From Candidatus Dojkabacteria bacterium (GTDB taxonomy: Bacteria > Patescibacteriota > Dojkabacteria > B142 > WJKM01), in NCBI GenBank assembly GCA_014729085.1, contig WJKM01000019.1, positions 836 through 64,835 on the forward strand: a stretch of DNA of 64,000 nucleotides, in the 5' to 3' direction. The position numbers and the translations under genes were made by a program. Below are positions 48,541 to 58,280 of this stretch, piece after piece; positions within the stretch are counted from its first letter, which is position 1; each line of letters starts with the position of its first letter. The notes beneath the pieces were generated by a model, which ran no database searches, was not told the DNA's origin, and worked only from the letters and a program-made list of their open reading frames with translations.

Positions 48541-48998
48541 TATTTATTAATAGTAAAATCTATCAATTTCGAGCCTGAATGTACAAATTTGGCAGTAAAG
48601 AAATTAGGTTTTTCAAGAAGAGCAAAAATATGTTCGTAACTTGGCCAGATATTAAGCTTGCATAGATTATTATTTTCAATCCATTTTAACTCCCCTTCTT
48701 TACATTTTTGAATTTGTCCCGAATAACGATTTACAAGAAAAACATAACCGTACCATACTACTTTTTCATGTACGAATATTGCTAGACCTCTAAAATAAGC
48801 ATTTTGAACTAAAAGACCCGTTTCTTCTTTAACTTCTCTTGAAAGAGCTTCTTCCGGACTTTCTCCGACCTCGATTCCGCCACCTATACCTAGCCACTTA
48901 CCTTTGTGTAGATCATTTATTTTCTTGTTCCTATAAAGCATTAGGGTTTTATTACGCTTCTTAATAAAACCTAATACTCCCTGATTTTGTTTTTTCAT
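48537..48998 (-). CDS. NUDIX hydrolase (MutT/8-oxo-dGTPase-like)
   Basis: GGGIEVGESPEEALSREVKEETGL Nudix box; EGELKW. Confidence 0.9.
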   Translation of the reverse strand: MKKQNQGVLGFIKKRNKTLMLYRNKKINDLHKGKWLGIGGGIEVGESPEEALSREVKEETGLLVQNAYFRGLAIFVHEKVVWYGYVFLVNRYSGQIQKCKEGELKWIENNNLCKLNIWPSYEHIFALLEKPNFFTAKFVHSGSKLIDFTINKY

Positions 48999-49051
48999 TT
49001 TAATTGAATAATTATATCCGAAGTTAGTCTTAACGCAAGCATCTTATATAT

Positions 49052-49360
49052 CTATCTCACCAACTTATTAATCTCATCTATAAATAAACTTTTGGGATGA
49101 ATACCCTCAATTTTTAATTTAGGTTTCTTATCTAAAAATATACCAAAAGAGGGTATTTTATTAATTCCAAACTCCTTTGCTATCTCTGGATTTTCATCTA
49201 CATTCAGCTTGTAAACATAAACCTTATTACTAAACTCATTCGTTAGTTCTTGCAAAATAGTATCAACCTTTTTATGTTCTTTTTGATACTTTGCATAAAA
49301 GGCAACTACAACAATACCATCATGAATTGCATCAGAAAAACTTGAGTTTTCAATTTCCAT
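49052..49360 (-). CDS. Thioredoxin-fold protein lacking CxxC
   Basis: VVVAFYA...KLNVDENPEIAKEFGINKIPS; no Cys in the protein. Confidence 0.8.
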   Translation of the reverse strand: MEIENSSFSDAIHDGIVVVAFYAKYQKEHKKVDTILQELTNEFSNKVYVYKLNVDENPEIAKEFGINKIPSFGIFLDKKPKLKIEGIHPKSLFIDEINKLVR

Positions 49361-49521
49361 AAATATTAAACCTTAAAATATTGGACTATATCAATTTTAT
49401 AATTTATTAATCTTTTTGTACATTCTGTAAAAGAAATAAACTATTTGTTTAAAAGTAAATAGATTGATACTTGACTAAATAATAGAATATAATTATCACA
49501 CATTAAATTAAAACAAAAAAA

Positions 49522-49908
49522 ATGAAAGATTTTATAAAAAACAATTGGATTCTAATGATTGCTATAGTTTACATACTCCTCCCTGTTGACGTCATTCCCG
49601 ATTCAATACCATTAGTAGGAACAGGAGATGATTTTGTATTAATATTTGGAGAATTCATTAGAAGGTTAATTACTCAATATAAACAAGGGAAGAAAGTATT
49701 CAAAAGCAACTGGTTTCTAGTATTTGTACTGATCTATCTAATTTTAAGAATTGATCTACTTCCAGATATTATTCCAATTTTAGGTACTGGTGATGACGCA
49801 AGCTTAGTTGGAATAGAAATTATACGAAGACTTTTTGAAAATAAAAATCAAGAAAAAACTTCTAATAAAAAGCTCTTAAATAATTCCGAGAAACATTCTG
49901 AAAATTGA
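49522..49908 (+). CDS. DUF1232/YkvA-like membrane protein with two repeats
   Basis: PVDVIPDSIPLVGTGDD and IDLLPDIIPILGTGDD. Confidence 0.8.
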   Translation: MKDFIKNNWILMIAIVYILLPVDVIPDSIPLVGTGDDFVLIFGEFIRRLITQYKQGKKVFKSNWFLVFVLIYLILRIDLLPDIIPILGTGDDASLVGIEIIRRLFENKNQEKTSNKKLLNNSEKHSEN

Positions 49909-50004
49909 CACCTTCTGTTCAAATCTTTATTATGTATATATACGTGCATTCAATCCAAAATTAGTTATTAAATTTTCCATTTTTTAATTTTTAAGATTTA
50001 CAAC

Positions 50005-50703
50005 GTGCAACCAAATAATCCACAACAACCAAATCAACAGCAACCAAATAACCCACAACAGCCAAATCAACAACAAGCAAATAATCCACAGCAGCCGAAG
50101 CAACAGCAACCGAACCCACCTACTCAACAAACACCAACAACTAATCAGCCCGCCCAATCTATGCAATCTAGTCAGCCTGCTCAACCAGCGCAGCAAACCC
50201 AAGCTCCTAATCAGCAAGCACAACCAGGAGCTAGTAATATTGCAGGGCCAATATCAACACCTACTACAACTCAAACACCTCCACAACAAAAAACCCCTGT
50301 CACACCGGGAACAAGTCCAGCAACAGGTGGAACTGCTGGAGGAGGACTACCACCTATTAAACCCAATAAACCAGCGGGAATGGGGAACTCACCAACTGGA
50401 TCAAAACCGAAGAATTCTAATGTAATGCTCATTGTAGTTGTACTATTCGTAATAATAGCTGGTATTGGAGGATTTTTAGGATACCAATTCATGTTTAGTA
50501 ATCAGCCTACTGATGAAAATCCAACACCAACTCCAACTCAAATGATTGAAGAAACCCAACCTGCAACACCAGATGATCTAATACCAACAAGCGGAGATAC
50601 ACTGGAGGAAACAGCAACACCGGAGGTTACAGAAATGGAAGAAGATGATTCCGAAACAATGCTTGATGAAGATATGACAGATACTGAAGCACCTGTTGAA
50701 TAA
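50005..50703 (+). CDS. Gln/Pro-rich single-pass membrane protein
   Basis: Low-complexity N-terminus, one TM helix, acidic Thr/Pro tail. Confidence 0.75.
   Translation: MQPNNPQQPNQQQPNNPQQPNQQQANNPQQPKQQQPNPPTQQTPTTNQPAQSMQSSQPAQPAQQTQAPNQQAQPGASNIAGPISTPTTTQTPPQQKTPVTPGTSPATGGTAGGGLPPIKPNKPAGMGNSPTGSKPKNSNVMLIVVVLFVIIAGIGGFLGYQFMFSNQPTDENPTPTPTQMIEETQPATPDDLIPTSGDTLEETATPEVTEMEEDDSETMLDEDMTDTEAPVE
50008..50120 (+). repeat. Degenerate 33-nt coding tandem repeat (QPNNPQQPNQQ)
   Basis: About 3.5 copies with synonymous variation. Confidence 0.7.
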
Positions 50704-50731
50704 GAAAGAATAAACTTAAAATATTTTAAAA

Positions 50732-50759
50732 AGGGGTTCTGTAACTGGAGCCCCTGTTT
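50732..50759 (+). terminator. Hairpin terminator
   Basis: AGGGGTTC-TGTAACTG-GAGCCCCT-GTTT. Confidence 0.65.
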
Positions 50760-50822
50760 ATATCAAAATGGTCAGTGATATAATTGATCAAATTATTACT
50801 TTAAAATATAAGAGTATTTTCA

Positions 50823-53800
50823 ATGTTTAAACCCATAGATCCCAAGCAAAATTTTCCAGAGTTAGAAACAGAAATAATAAAATTTTGGAAAGAAAACGAT
50901 ATTTTTGAAAAACAGGTTGAATCAAAACCAGAAGATAATAAATTTGTATTCTATGATGGTCCTCCTTTTATCACTGGACTTCCACATTATGGACATTTAT
51001 TAGGAAGTATTGCAAAAGATATAATCCCACGATACCACGCTATGCTTGGTAGTAGAGTTGAACGTGTTTGGGGCTGGGATTGTCATGGGCTTCCAATAGA
51101 AAATAAAGTGGAAAAAAAGCTTGGTTTACGTAACAGAAGAGAAATTGAAGAACTAGGAATAGATAAGTTCATAAGTCACTGTTATGAATATACCAGAGAT
51201 GTATCCGCTGAATGGAATTGGTATGTAGACAGAATTGGAAGATGGGCAGACATGGATAATGCATATAGGACAATGGATCAAAACTATATGGAAACTGTAA
51301 TGTGGATTTTTAAACAACTTTACAAAAAAGATCTCATATATGAAGGTGTGAGAACTTCTCTTTTCTGTACAAGATGCGGGACTCCAGTTTCAAATTTTGA
51401 AATTGCTATGGATAATTCATATACAAACATGAAAGATCCTGGAGTTACAATAAAGTTTCAAATTAACGAGAATAAAATAAAAAGCCAGAATCCCAACAAA
51501 ACTATTTTTTTAATATCTGGGAAATATGCTTTTGCAAGTAATAATTACTTCCCAAGAATTAAAGACTTATTAGAAGCAAAAGGTTTCAATGTTCAGATTA
51601 TTGACCATAAAGAGCCAGAATCACCACAATTATCTGATAATTTAAAATTTTTTAATAAATTTGATTTTTCCAAATCAATTGTTATCACTCATTCACTTGG
51701 AGCTCTTACGCTGCTTCATCATCTAGCAGATAATCCAAATCAAAAAATCGATGAACTTATCATGCTTGCTCCACCACATCCAGAACGATATGGCGGATCT
51801 AATAAGGAATGGGCTGATAATTCAGGATATTTTGATGATGATACACAGATCAATTTAGATATAATTTCAAAACGAATCTCAAAAGCAACCATAATATATT
51901 CAGATGATGAACTGGTACATAAAAATGAATTCGAAGATTTAGCAGAAAAACTAAATGCTAAATTAATAATGGAAAAGAATAAAAAACATTTCTTTGCAAA
52001 GAATTATGAACATGAACCTGAATTTCTTCAAAAATATCTTGAAAAACTGCAAAATAAAGCTAATGCGAAAGAAACAAATAGTAAAATTCCTACTTATCTT
52101 CTAGCTTGGACAACAACTCCATGGACCCTGCCGTCAAACCGGGCTTTGGTTGTAGATCCAAAAGGAGATTACGTAAAAATACAAAGAGAAGTAGAGGTAA
52201 AAGAAAGAATTGGTGCAGGTGGATTTATTTATAATCCTAAGAAAAAGCAATTTTTAGTTCTAAAACACAAAAACGGGATAACTTTTACTTCTTTAGTACA
52301 AGGTGTCAAAGAAGAAGGTGAGACATATGAACAAACAATAATGAGGGAGGCAATCGAAGAAACCGGTTATACCGACATGAAGATTGTCAAGGAACTCGGA
52401 GAATCTCATTATCAATGGCCATGGAAAGGAAATACTATCAGCGACAGAAAATATAAATATTTTCTTTTGGAGCTTGAAAGTGGAAAAAGACAGAAACAAC
52501 AACTTGAAGAGGGAGAGGAATTTGAAATAGCCTGGGTCACCTATGATCAATTAATTGACCGTCTTTCATTTGATGATCTTAAAATATTCGCCAAAAAAGT
52601 AATCAACCATTATGAAGGGAAGGATGATGATCAGCTAATAAAAACAGAAAATTATATTATTACTAACTCCAGTTTTAAAGAGAACTTAATACTTGGAAAA
52701 AATCGTATTGAGGAAACTCTTGGAGACTGTGAATATAAAATCATAGAGGAATTTAAGGGGAAGAAACTATTGGGACTTTCATATGAACCTATATATGATT
52801 TTATCCCGGGTAATGAAAATGATTTTAAAGTGTATGCCTATGAAGATATGGTACAAGCAGACGAAGGAGTCGGAATTGTCCATTCAGCTCCAGGATTTGG
52901 CGAAATTGACAGTGAAATGGGAAAGGAGCTTGGACTCACTATGATGCTTACCATTAATGATGAAGGAAAATTCAAATCCGAAATCAAAGACTATTCCGGA
53001 ATGTACTTTAAAAAAGCCGATCTACCGATAGTGATCGACCTAATTAGTCGAAATATCTTGTTTAAACTTGAAGAGATTGAACACAGATATCCATTCTGTT
53101 ATAGATGCGAAACTCCCCTACTTCAAAAAGCACAGAAATCTTGGTTTTTGAATATTCAAAAAATAAAAGATAATTTAATCGAAAATAATGAATATATAAA
53201 TTGGGTACCCGATCATATAAAAGAAGGAAGATTTAAAAAGGGACTTGAAACTGCTCCTGATTGGTGTATATCAAGGTCTAGATATTGGGGAACCCCTATG
53301 CCTATTTGGCAGGCCAAAGATACAAATGGGCATATTACTGAAAGATTGGTAATAGGTTCTCGAGATGAACTTATGGAAAGAAATGACAAAATTACAAAAA
53401 TAATATTTGTTCGACATGGTGATCGAGAAGAAGGTCTCAATGGAGCTTTAACTGATAAAGGAAAAAAGCAGGCAGAAAAACTAACTGAATATTTAACAGA
53501 CCAGGACATTGACTTAATTATAAGTAGTGAGGTTGACCGTTGTATAAAAACTGCAGAACCTCTTTCTAAAAAACTTGGAATCGATATTAAAACTGATCCA
53601 AGATTTGGATCTTCAGAAAGAAAAAAACTTATAGATGACATAAAGAAAAAAGATAACACAACTAATTTTAGAGAACTATCTGACAAAGCCCTCAAGGAAT
53701 ACAAAGATCAGTTATTTGCAAAGGATAAACAGGCACTAATTGAATTAAATAAAAACTTTGAGGGTAAAACTATTGTTGTATTCACACATGCTGAGGTAAT

Positions 53801-55439
53801 TGCCTCTGCATCTCACATTCTCGAAGGAGGGAAATTATCAAATCATATGAAAAGATCCCCTAAACCGGGCGAACACTATACAATGTATATGTATGAAGGT
53901 GAATTACTTGATCTTCATAGACCAGTTATTGATAATATAGTTCTTAAAGGTGACAAAGAAAATGAATTAAAACGTATATCTGAAACACTAGATGTTTGGA
54001 TGGAATCTGCTTCCATGCCATACGCTCCAAAACATTATCCATTTGAAAATAAAAAAGATGTTGAAGACAATTTCCCAGCTGATTACATCTCGGAATACAT
54101 AGCTCAAACTCGTGCATGGTTTTACGTGATGCATGTAGTATCCACTGCTTTGGTTGATTCCCATTGTTTTAAAAATTGTGTTGTATCCGGTGTGATCATG
54201 GGAAATGATGGAAGAAAAATGAGCAAAAGCTTTGGTAACTATCCAGATCCTAAAGGTGTTCTTGAATCCTATGGTGGAGATGCATTAAGAATGTACCTGC
54301 TTTCAACACCATTACTAAAAGCAGAAAATGTTGATATTGATGAACAAGATATTAAGGGACAAATACGAGATTTTATACTCCCTCTTTGGCACACATACAA
54401 ATTTCTACTTACATATGCCAAAATTTACAATTGGACACCTAATGCAAATCTTATTAGTAAAGAAAGAGACAAACAGAATAAAGACAGCATTTGGGAAAAT
54501 GTTCCATTTACGGATGAACAAAATGAACTTGATAGATGGATTGTGGCTAGATTACAAAAATGTATTCGAGATATCAAAATTAAATTGGATGAATATGATA
54601 TTCCAGGAGCAACAAATGAACTCCCAACCTTTTTAAATGACATATCAAGATGGTATATTCGAAGATCTAGAAACAGATTTAAAAATGGAGACAGGAAAGC
54701 CCTTGACACATTATATTTTGTACTGGTGGAATATATTAAGCTAATCGCTCCATTTACTCCTTTTATATCTGAAGCTATTTATCAAAATCTCGTAAAAAAT
54801 TGTGAGGTTTTTGAAAATGAACCAGAATCAGTCCACCTTTGTGACTATCCAAGGCAGGATCTTGCCTATTTAGAAAATAATCTAGAACTGCTATTTAATA
54901 TGGAAACAGTTCGAGCAATATGTGCACTTGGGCAATCACTGAGAGTCGAAAATGGACTAAAAGTAAGGCAACCACTTGCAAAAATTGAAGTTAGTGTAGA
55001 CAGGGAAGTTGAGGAAGAGAGAGAAATTCAAACATGGATGAAAAAAATAATTAAAAAAGAGCTTAATGTAAAGGAGGTAGTTGAAATTTTAAGAGCAGAC
55101 GAACAATTGAAAGGAAACAATTTTGTTTCAGCAACTGACCAAAAAGCAAAGATAAAAATTACAATGGATTTAAATCTAACCGAAGAATTAAAAGAAGAAG
55201 GACTCTACCGTGAAATTGTTCGAAATATACAATCACATAGAAAAAAACAGGGGTTAAAATTTGGAGAAAAGGTTGGAATTACAATTTATTCCAAATCAAA
55301 GGAAATAAATAAATGCATGGAAAAACATGAGAAAGAACTAAAGAAAGATGTGACACTGTCAGATCTAATAATCGGAAAAAATGATGGAAAAGAAATCAAA
55401 ATAAATGGAGAATCAACAAAAATAAAAATAAACAAATAA
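50823..55439 (+). CDS. ileS: Isoleucine-tRNA ligase (type 2) with inserted alpha/beta-hydrolase, NUDIX and histidine-phosphatase domains
   Basis: GPPFITGLPHYGH, GWDCHGLP, WTTTPWTLP, DWCISRSRYWG and KMSKS motifs; inserts carry THSLG, a Nudix box and VRHG. Confidence 0.95.
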   Translation: MFKPIDPKQNFPELETEIIKFWKENDIFEKQVESKPEDNKFVFYDGPPFITGLPHYGHLLGSIAKDIIPRYHAMLGSRVERVWGWDCHGLPIENKVEKKLGLRNRREIEELGIDKFISHCYEYTRDVSAEWNWYVDRIGRWADMDNAYRTMDQNYMETVMWIFKQLYKKDLIYEGVRTSLFCTRCGTPVSNFEIAMDNSYTNMKDPGVTIKFQINENKIKSQNPNKTIFLISGKYAFASNNYFPRIKDLLEAKGFNVQIIDHKEPESPQLSDNLKFFNKFDFSKSIVITHSLGALTLLHHLADNPNQKIDELIMLAPPHPERYGGSNKEWADNSGYFDDDTQINLDIISKRISKATIIYSDDELVHKNEFEDLAEKLNAKLIMEKNKKHFFAKNYEHEPEFLQKYLEKLQNKANAKETNSKIPTYLLAWTTTPWTLPSNRALVVDPKGDYVKIQREVEVKERIGAGGFIYNPKKKQFLVLKHKNGITFTSLVQGVKEEGETYEQTIMREAIEETGYTDMKIVKELGESHYQWPWKGNTISDRKYKYFLLELESGKRQKQQLEEGEEFEIAWVTYDQLIDRLSFDDLKIFAKKVINHYEGKDDDQLIKTENYIITNSSFKENLILGKNRIEETLGDCEYKIIEEFKGKKLLGLSYEPIYDFIPGNENDFKVYAYEDMVQADEGVGIVHSAPGFGEIDSEMGKELGLTMMLTINDEGKFKSEIKDYSGMYFKKADLPIVIDLISRNILFKLEEIEHRYPFCYRCETPLLQKAQKSWFLNIQKIKDNLIENNEYINWVPDHIKEGRFKKGLETAPDWCISRSRYWGTPMPIWQAKDTNGHITERLVIGSRDELMERNDKITKIIFVRHGDREEGLNGALTDKGKKQAEKLTEYLTDQDIDLIISSEVDRCIKTAEPLSKKLGIDIKTDPRFGSSERKKLIDDIKKKDNTTNFRELSDKALKEYKDQLFAKDKQALIELNKNFEGKTIVVFTHAEVIASASHILEGGKLSNHMKRSPKPGEHYTMYMYEGELLDLHRPVIDNIVLKGDKENELKRISETLDVWMESASMPYAPKHYPFENKKDVEDNFPADYISEYIAQTRAWFYVMHVVSTALVDSHCFKNCVVSGVIMGNDGRKMSKSFGNYPDPKGVLESYGGDALRMYLLSTPLLKAENVDIDEQDIKGQIRDFILPLWHTYKFLLTYAKIYNWTPNANLISKERDKQNKDSIWENVPFTDEQNELDRWIVARLQKCIRDIKIKLDEYDIPGATNELPTFLNDISRWYIRRSRNRFKNGDRKALDTLYFVLVEYIKLIAPFTPFISEAIYQNLVKNCEVFENEPESVHLCDYPRQDLAYLENNLELLFNMETVRAICALGQSLRVENGLKVRQPLAKIEVSVDREVEEEREIQTWMKKIIKKELNVKEVVEILRADEQLKGNNFVSATDQKAKIKITMDLNLTEELKEEGLYREIVRNIQSHRKKQGLKFGEKVGITIYSKSKEINKCMEKHEKELKKDVTLSDLIIGKNDGKEIKINGESTKIKINK

Positions 55440-55497
55440 ATATTGCGCATTAAGCAAATATTATTTATCCTAGATTGATAAGGTTTTAAAAATAGAT

Positions 55498-56127
55498 ATG
55501 TCAAAAAATCCATTTCTGCACGATTTACCAAAACCAAAGAAAAAAATTACGAAAATTTTTCTTGATATTTTGCAATTTATAGTAATATTACTTGCCTTAG
55601 TAGTAGTTTGTTACTTATTTTTGGTTATTCCAAATCAAGTTGATGGAGATTCGATGTTGCCAAATTTCCATGATAAAGAACTATTATTGACAAACAAAAT
55701 AATACAACTAATTGGTGACAAAAAATTTATGGAAAAATATGACTATAACTATAAGAGAGGAGATGTTGTGATTTTCCAAAAACCTGACCACCCTGATTTT
55801 ATAAAAAGAGTAATTGCTCTACCTGGGGATAAAATTATGATTCAGGGAGGATATATATACATAAATGGCCAAAAAATAACCGAGGCTTATTTACCAAAAG
55901 ATAGACAAACAAGAACCTACTCCTTCATGTCTGAAGGCGAAACGAAAATCGTACCTGAAGATCAATATTTTCTTATGGGAGATAATAGAAACAACAGCAA
56001 AGACTCTAGATTCTCAGATATTGGTTTTGTTTCAAGAGAACATCTTAAAGGTCGAGTTTTTCTGAGATATTGGCCACTCGACTCTTTTGAGGTAATAAAA
56101 ACCGGAGAAATAAACTATTCTAATTAA
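55498..56127 (+). CDS. lepB: Signal peptidase I
   Basis: GDSMLP, IKRVIA and GDNRNNSKDSR motifs. Confidence 0.95.
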   Translation: MSKNPFLHDLPKPKKKITKIFLDILQFIVILLALVVVCYLFLVIPNQVDGDSMLPNFHDKELLLTNKIIQLIGDKKFMEKYDYNYKRGDVVIFQKPDHPDFIKRVIALPGDKIMIQGGYIYINGQKITEAYLPKDRQTRTYSFMSEGETKIVPEDQYFLMGDNRNNSKDSRFSDIGFVSREHLKGRVFLRYWPLDSFEVIKTGEINYSN

Positions 56128-56138
56128 CTTCTTTTAAA

Positions 56139-56810
56139 ATGCAGAAAAATAACAAACCAGAAAAATTTAAGAACTTTCTTAAGGAAACAGCACAAACTAT
56201 TATTACTTCATTATTATTGACCTTTTTCATTTATCAATTCATTGCACGGCCGAATCAAGTAAAAGGTGCATCCATGATCCCCAATATTCAACATAATGAA
56301 TTAATTTTTACAAACCAAATGAAGCATATAGTAAGCAATACAGCCCTTGGGCACAAAATGCATTGGGAATACAAAAGAGGTGAAATCGTTATATTTCAAC
56401 TCCCCGGATACGAACCGTATATTAAAAGAATAATAGCTCTTCCAGGAGAAAATATAACTATACAAAATAGAAAGGTTTATATAAATGGTAAACTCTTAAT
56501 TGAAGAATATTTACCAGAGGGAGAAGTTACTTTACAAGGGGATTTTCTTACTGAAGGTACCACCCGCAGGGTTCCTGCGAATTCTTATGTTATGCTTGGC
56601 GATAATCGAACAAATAGTCGCGATTCAAGGTATTCATCTGTTGGTTTTGTACCGCATGCATACATAATTGGTCCAGCAGCTTTAAGGATATTGCCCCTGA
56701 CAAGAATTGGGTTTGTCCATATTGGAGATTATCATCTTGATTCAAAGCGTAAAGTACTTAATATTAAACCACAGGGTACGGAAATATCAGGTGAAATTTT
56801 AGGAGAATAA
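56139..56810 (+). CDS. lepB: Signal peptidase I (tandem paralog)
   Basis: GASMIP, IKRIIA and GDNRTNSRDSR motifs. Confidence 0.93.
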   Translation: MQKNNKPEKFKNFLKETAQTIITSLLLTFFIYQFIARPNQVKGASMIPNIQHNELIFTNQMKHIVSNTALGHKMHWEYKRGEIVIFQLPGYEPYIKRIIALPGENITIQNRKVYINGKLLIEEYLPEGEVTLQGDFLTEGTTRRVPANSYVMLGDNRTNSRDSRYSSVGFVPHAYIIGPAALRILPLTRIGFVHIGDYHLDSKRKVLNIKPQGTEISGEILGE

Positions 56811-56825
56811 ATTAATAATATATTC

Positions 56826-57602
56826 ATGATTATTTCATTTGCAAATCAAAAAGGTGGGGTTGGAAAGACAACTACAACTATTAATCTTGGTATATATTTA
56901 GCTGCTGCTGGAAAAAAAGTATGTCTAATAGATATTGATCCTCAATCTAATCTCACTTCAGGCTTAGGTTATGGAGCTCATAACTCAGAAGAAGATAACC
57001 AAAAATCAATCTATGATATTTTAGTAAATAAAGCAAAAGTTGAAGAAGTCATATTTAAAACTCGCTTTGAAAATATCCATCTAATTCCCGCACATATTGA
57101 ACTTGCTGGCGCGGAAATTGAATTGGTAAATATGGTATCCAGAGAAAATAGCTTAAAAGAATCTCTGGAAGCAATAAAACAAAATTACGATTTTATTTTA
57201 ATTGACTGTCCGCCTTCACTAGGATTATTAACAATTAATGCATTGACAGCTTCGGATGAAATCATTATACCTGTCCAAACTGAGTATTATGCCTTAGAAG
57301 GACTTGGGCAATTGCTTAATACAGTTAAACTCGTCAAAACAAAATTAAACTCAAATCTAAAAATTGGCGGTGTGATTCTCACTATGTATGATGCAAGAAC
57401 AAATCTTTCTAAACAAGTAAGTGATGAAGTAGAAAAAGTATTTGGAGATAAAGTCTTTGTATCAATTATTCCAAGAAATGTTAGATTGTCTGAATCCCCA
57501 TCTCATGGACAACCAATTAAGGAATACGCCCCAAGCTCAACGGGAGCAAAAGCATATGAAAAGCTAGCTAAAGAATTTATTAAAAAGAAAAGTAATTACT
57601 AA
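56826..57602 (+). CDS. parA: ParA/Soj chromosome partitioning ATPase
   Basis: NQKGGVGKTT, DIDPQSN, IDCPPSLG and IPRNVRLSESPS motifs. Confidence 0.94.
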   Translation: MIISFANQKGGVGKTTTTINLGIYLAAAGKKVCLIDIDPQSNLTSGLGYGAHNSEEDNQKSIYDILVNKAKVEEVIFKTRFENIHLIPAHIELAGAEIELVNMVSRENSLKESLEAIKQNYDFILIDCPPSLGLLTINALTASDEIIIPVQTEYYALEGLGQLLNTVKLVKTKLNSNLKIGGVILTMYDARTNLSKQVSDEVEKVFGDKVFVSIIPRNVRLSESPSHGQPIKEYAPSSTGAKAYEKLAKEFIKKKSNY

Positions 57603-57621
57603 TATTTCTTAACTCAAAACT

Positions 57622-58224
57622 ATGCCTAAAAAATGGAATAAATTTTACAGAAAACAAGGCAGATTTTACCTACTTCCACATCCTGATTTTAAAAAGGTAG
57701 TGGATATTTTCAAAGAAGATAAAATATTAAAAATAATAGATATTGGTTGTGGTAGCGGCAGACACTTAATTGAACTTGCCGAAAATGATTTCCTAGTAAC
57801 TGGCCTAGACTACTCACCTATAGCTGGACATATTGCAGAAGACTGGCTTCATCAAAAAGATCTCAAAGGAAAGGTTTATATTGGAGACTACGAAGAGGAC
57901 TTAAAACATTTCGAAGACGAAAGTTTCGATGCAGCAATTTCTGTAAATAGTTTACAATACGTAGATTCAATAGAAAAACTACAACATATATTAAAAGAAA
58001 TTAGAAGAATACTTAGAAAAAATGCAAAATTTTTCTTAGTTTTTCCCTCACAATCCACGCTTATAATCCAACCAAATACCACACAACTATTGTTGGAGAA
58101 ACATGAAATAGAAGCTGTTATTTCTAAATTTTTTAATATTCATGAATTTTATCAGGATCAAAATAAAGCCTGGGTAATATTTACTTCAAAAACAGACGAT
58201 AAACAAAAAAATTTAGACAATTAG
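57622..58224 (+). CDS. Class I SAM-dependent methyltransferase
   Basis: IDIGCGSGRH, GLDYS and ESFDA motifs. Confidence 0.9.
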   Translation: MPKKWNKFYRKQGRFYLLPHPDFKKVVDIFKEDKILKIIDIGCGSGRHLIELAENDFLVTGLDYSPIAGHIAEDWLHQKDLKGKVYIGDYEEDLKHFEDESFDAAISVNSLQYVDSIEKLQHILKEIRRILRKNAKFFLVFPSQSTLIIQPNTTQLLLEKHEIEAVISKFFNIHEFYQDQNKAWVIFTSKTDDKQKNLDN

Positions 58225-58280
58225 AATTTATACAGTATAATTAATCTATTCGACATTTAATTTATTAATAATCTAACTAA

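Noticed and set aside
50704-50822. T-box or Ile leader upstream of ileS
   Set aside because: The spacer is too short and has no T-box motif or Ile-rich uORF; the hairpin lies upstream of the likely -10 and belongs to the preceding gene.
51465-53903. Inteins in ileS
   Set aside because: The inserts lack N-terminal Cys/Ser and C-terminal His-Asn splice motifs and LAGLIDADG blocks; they resemble metabolic enzyme domains.
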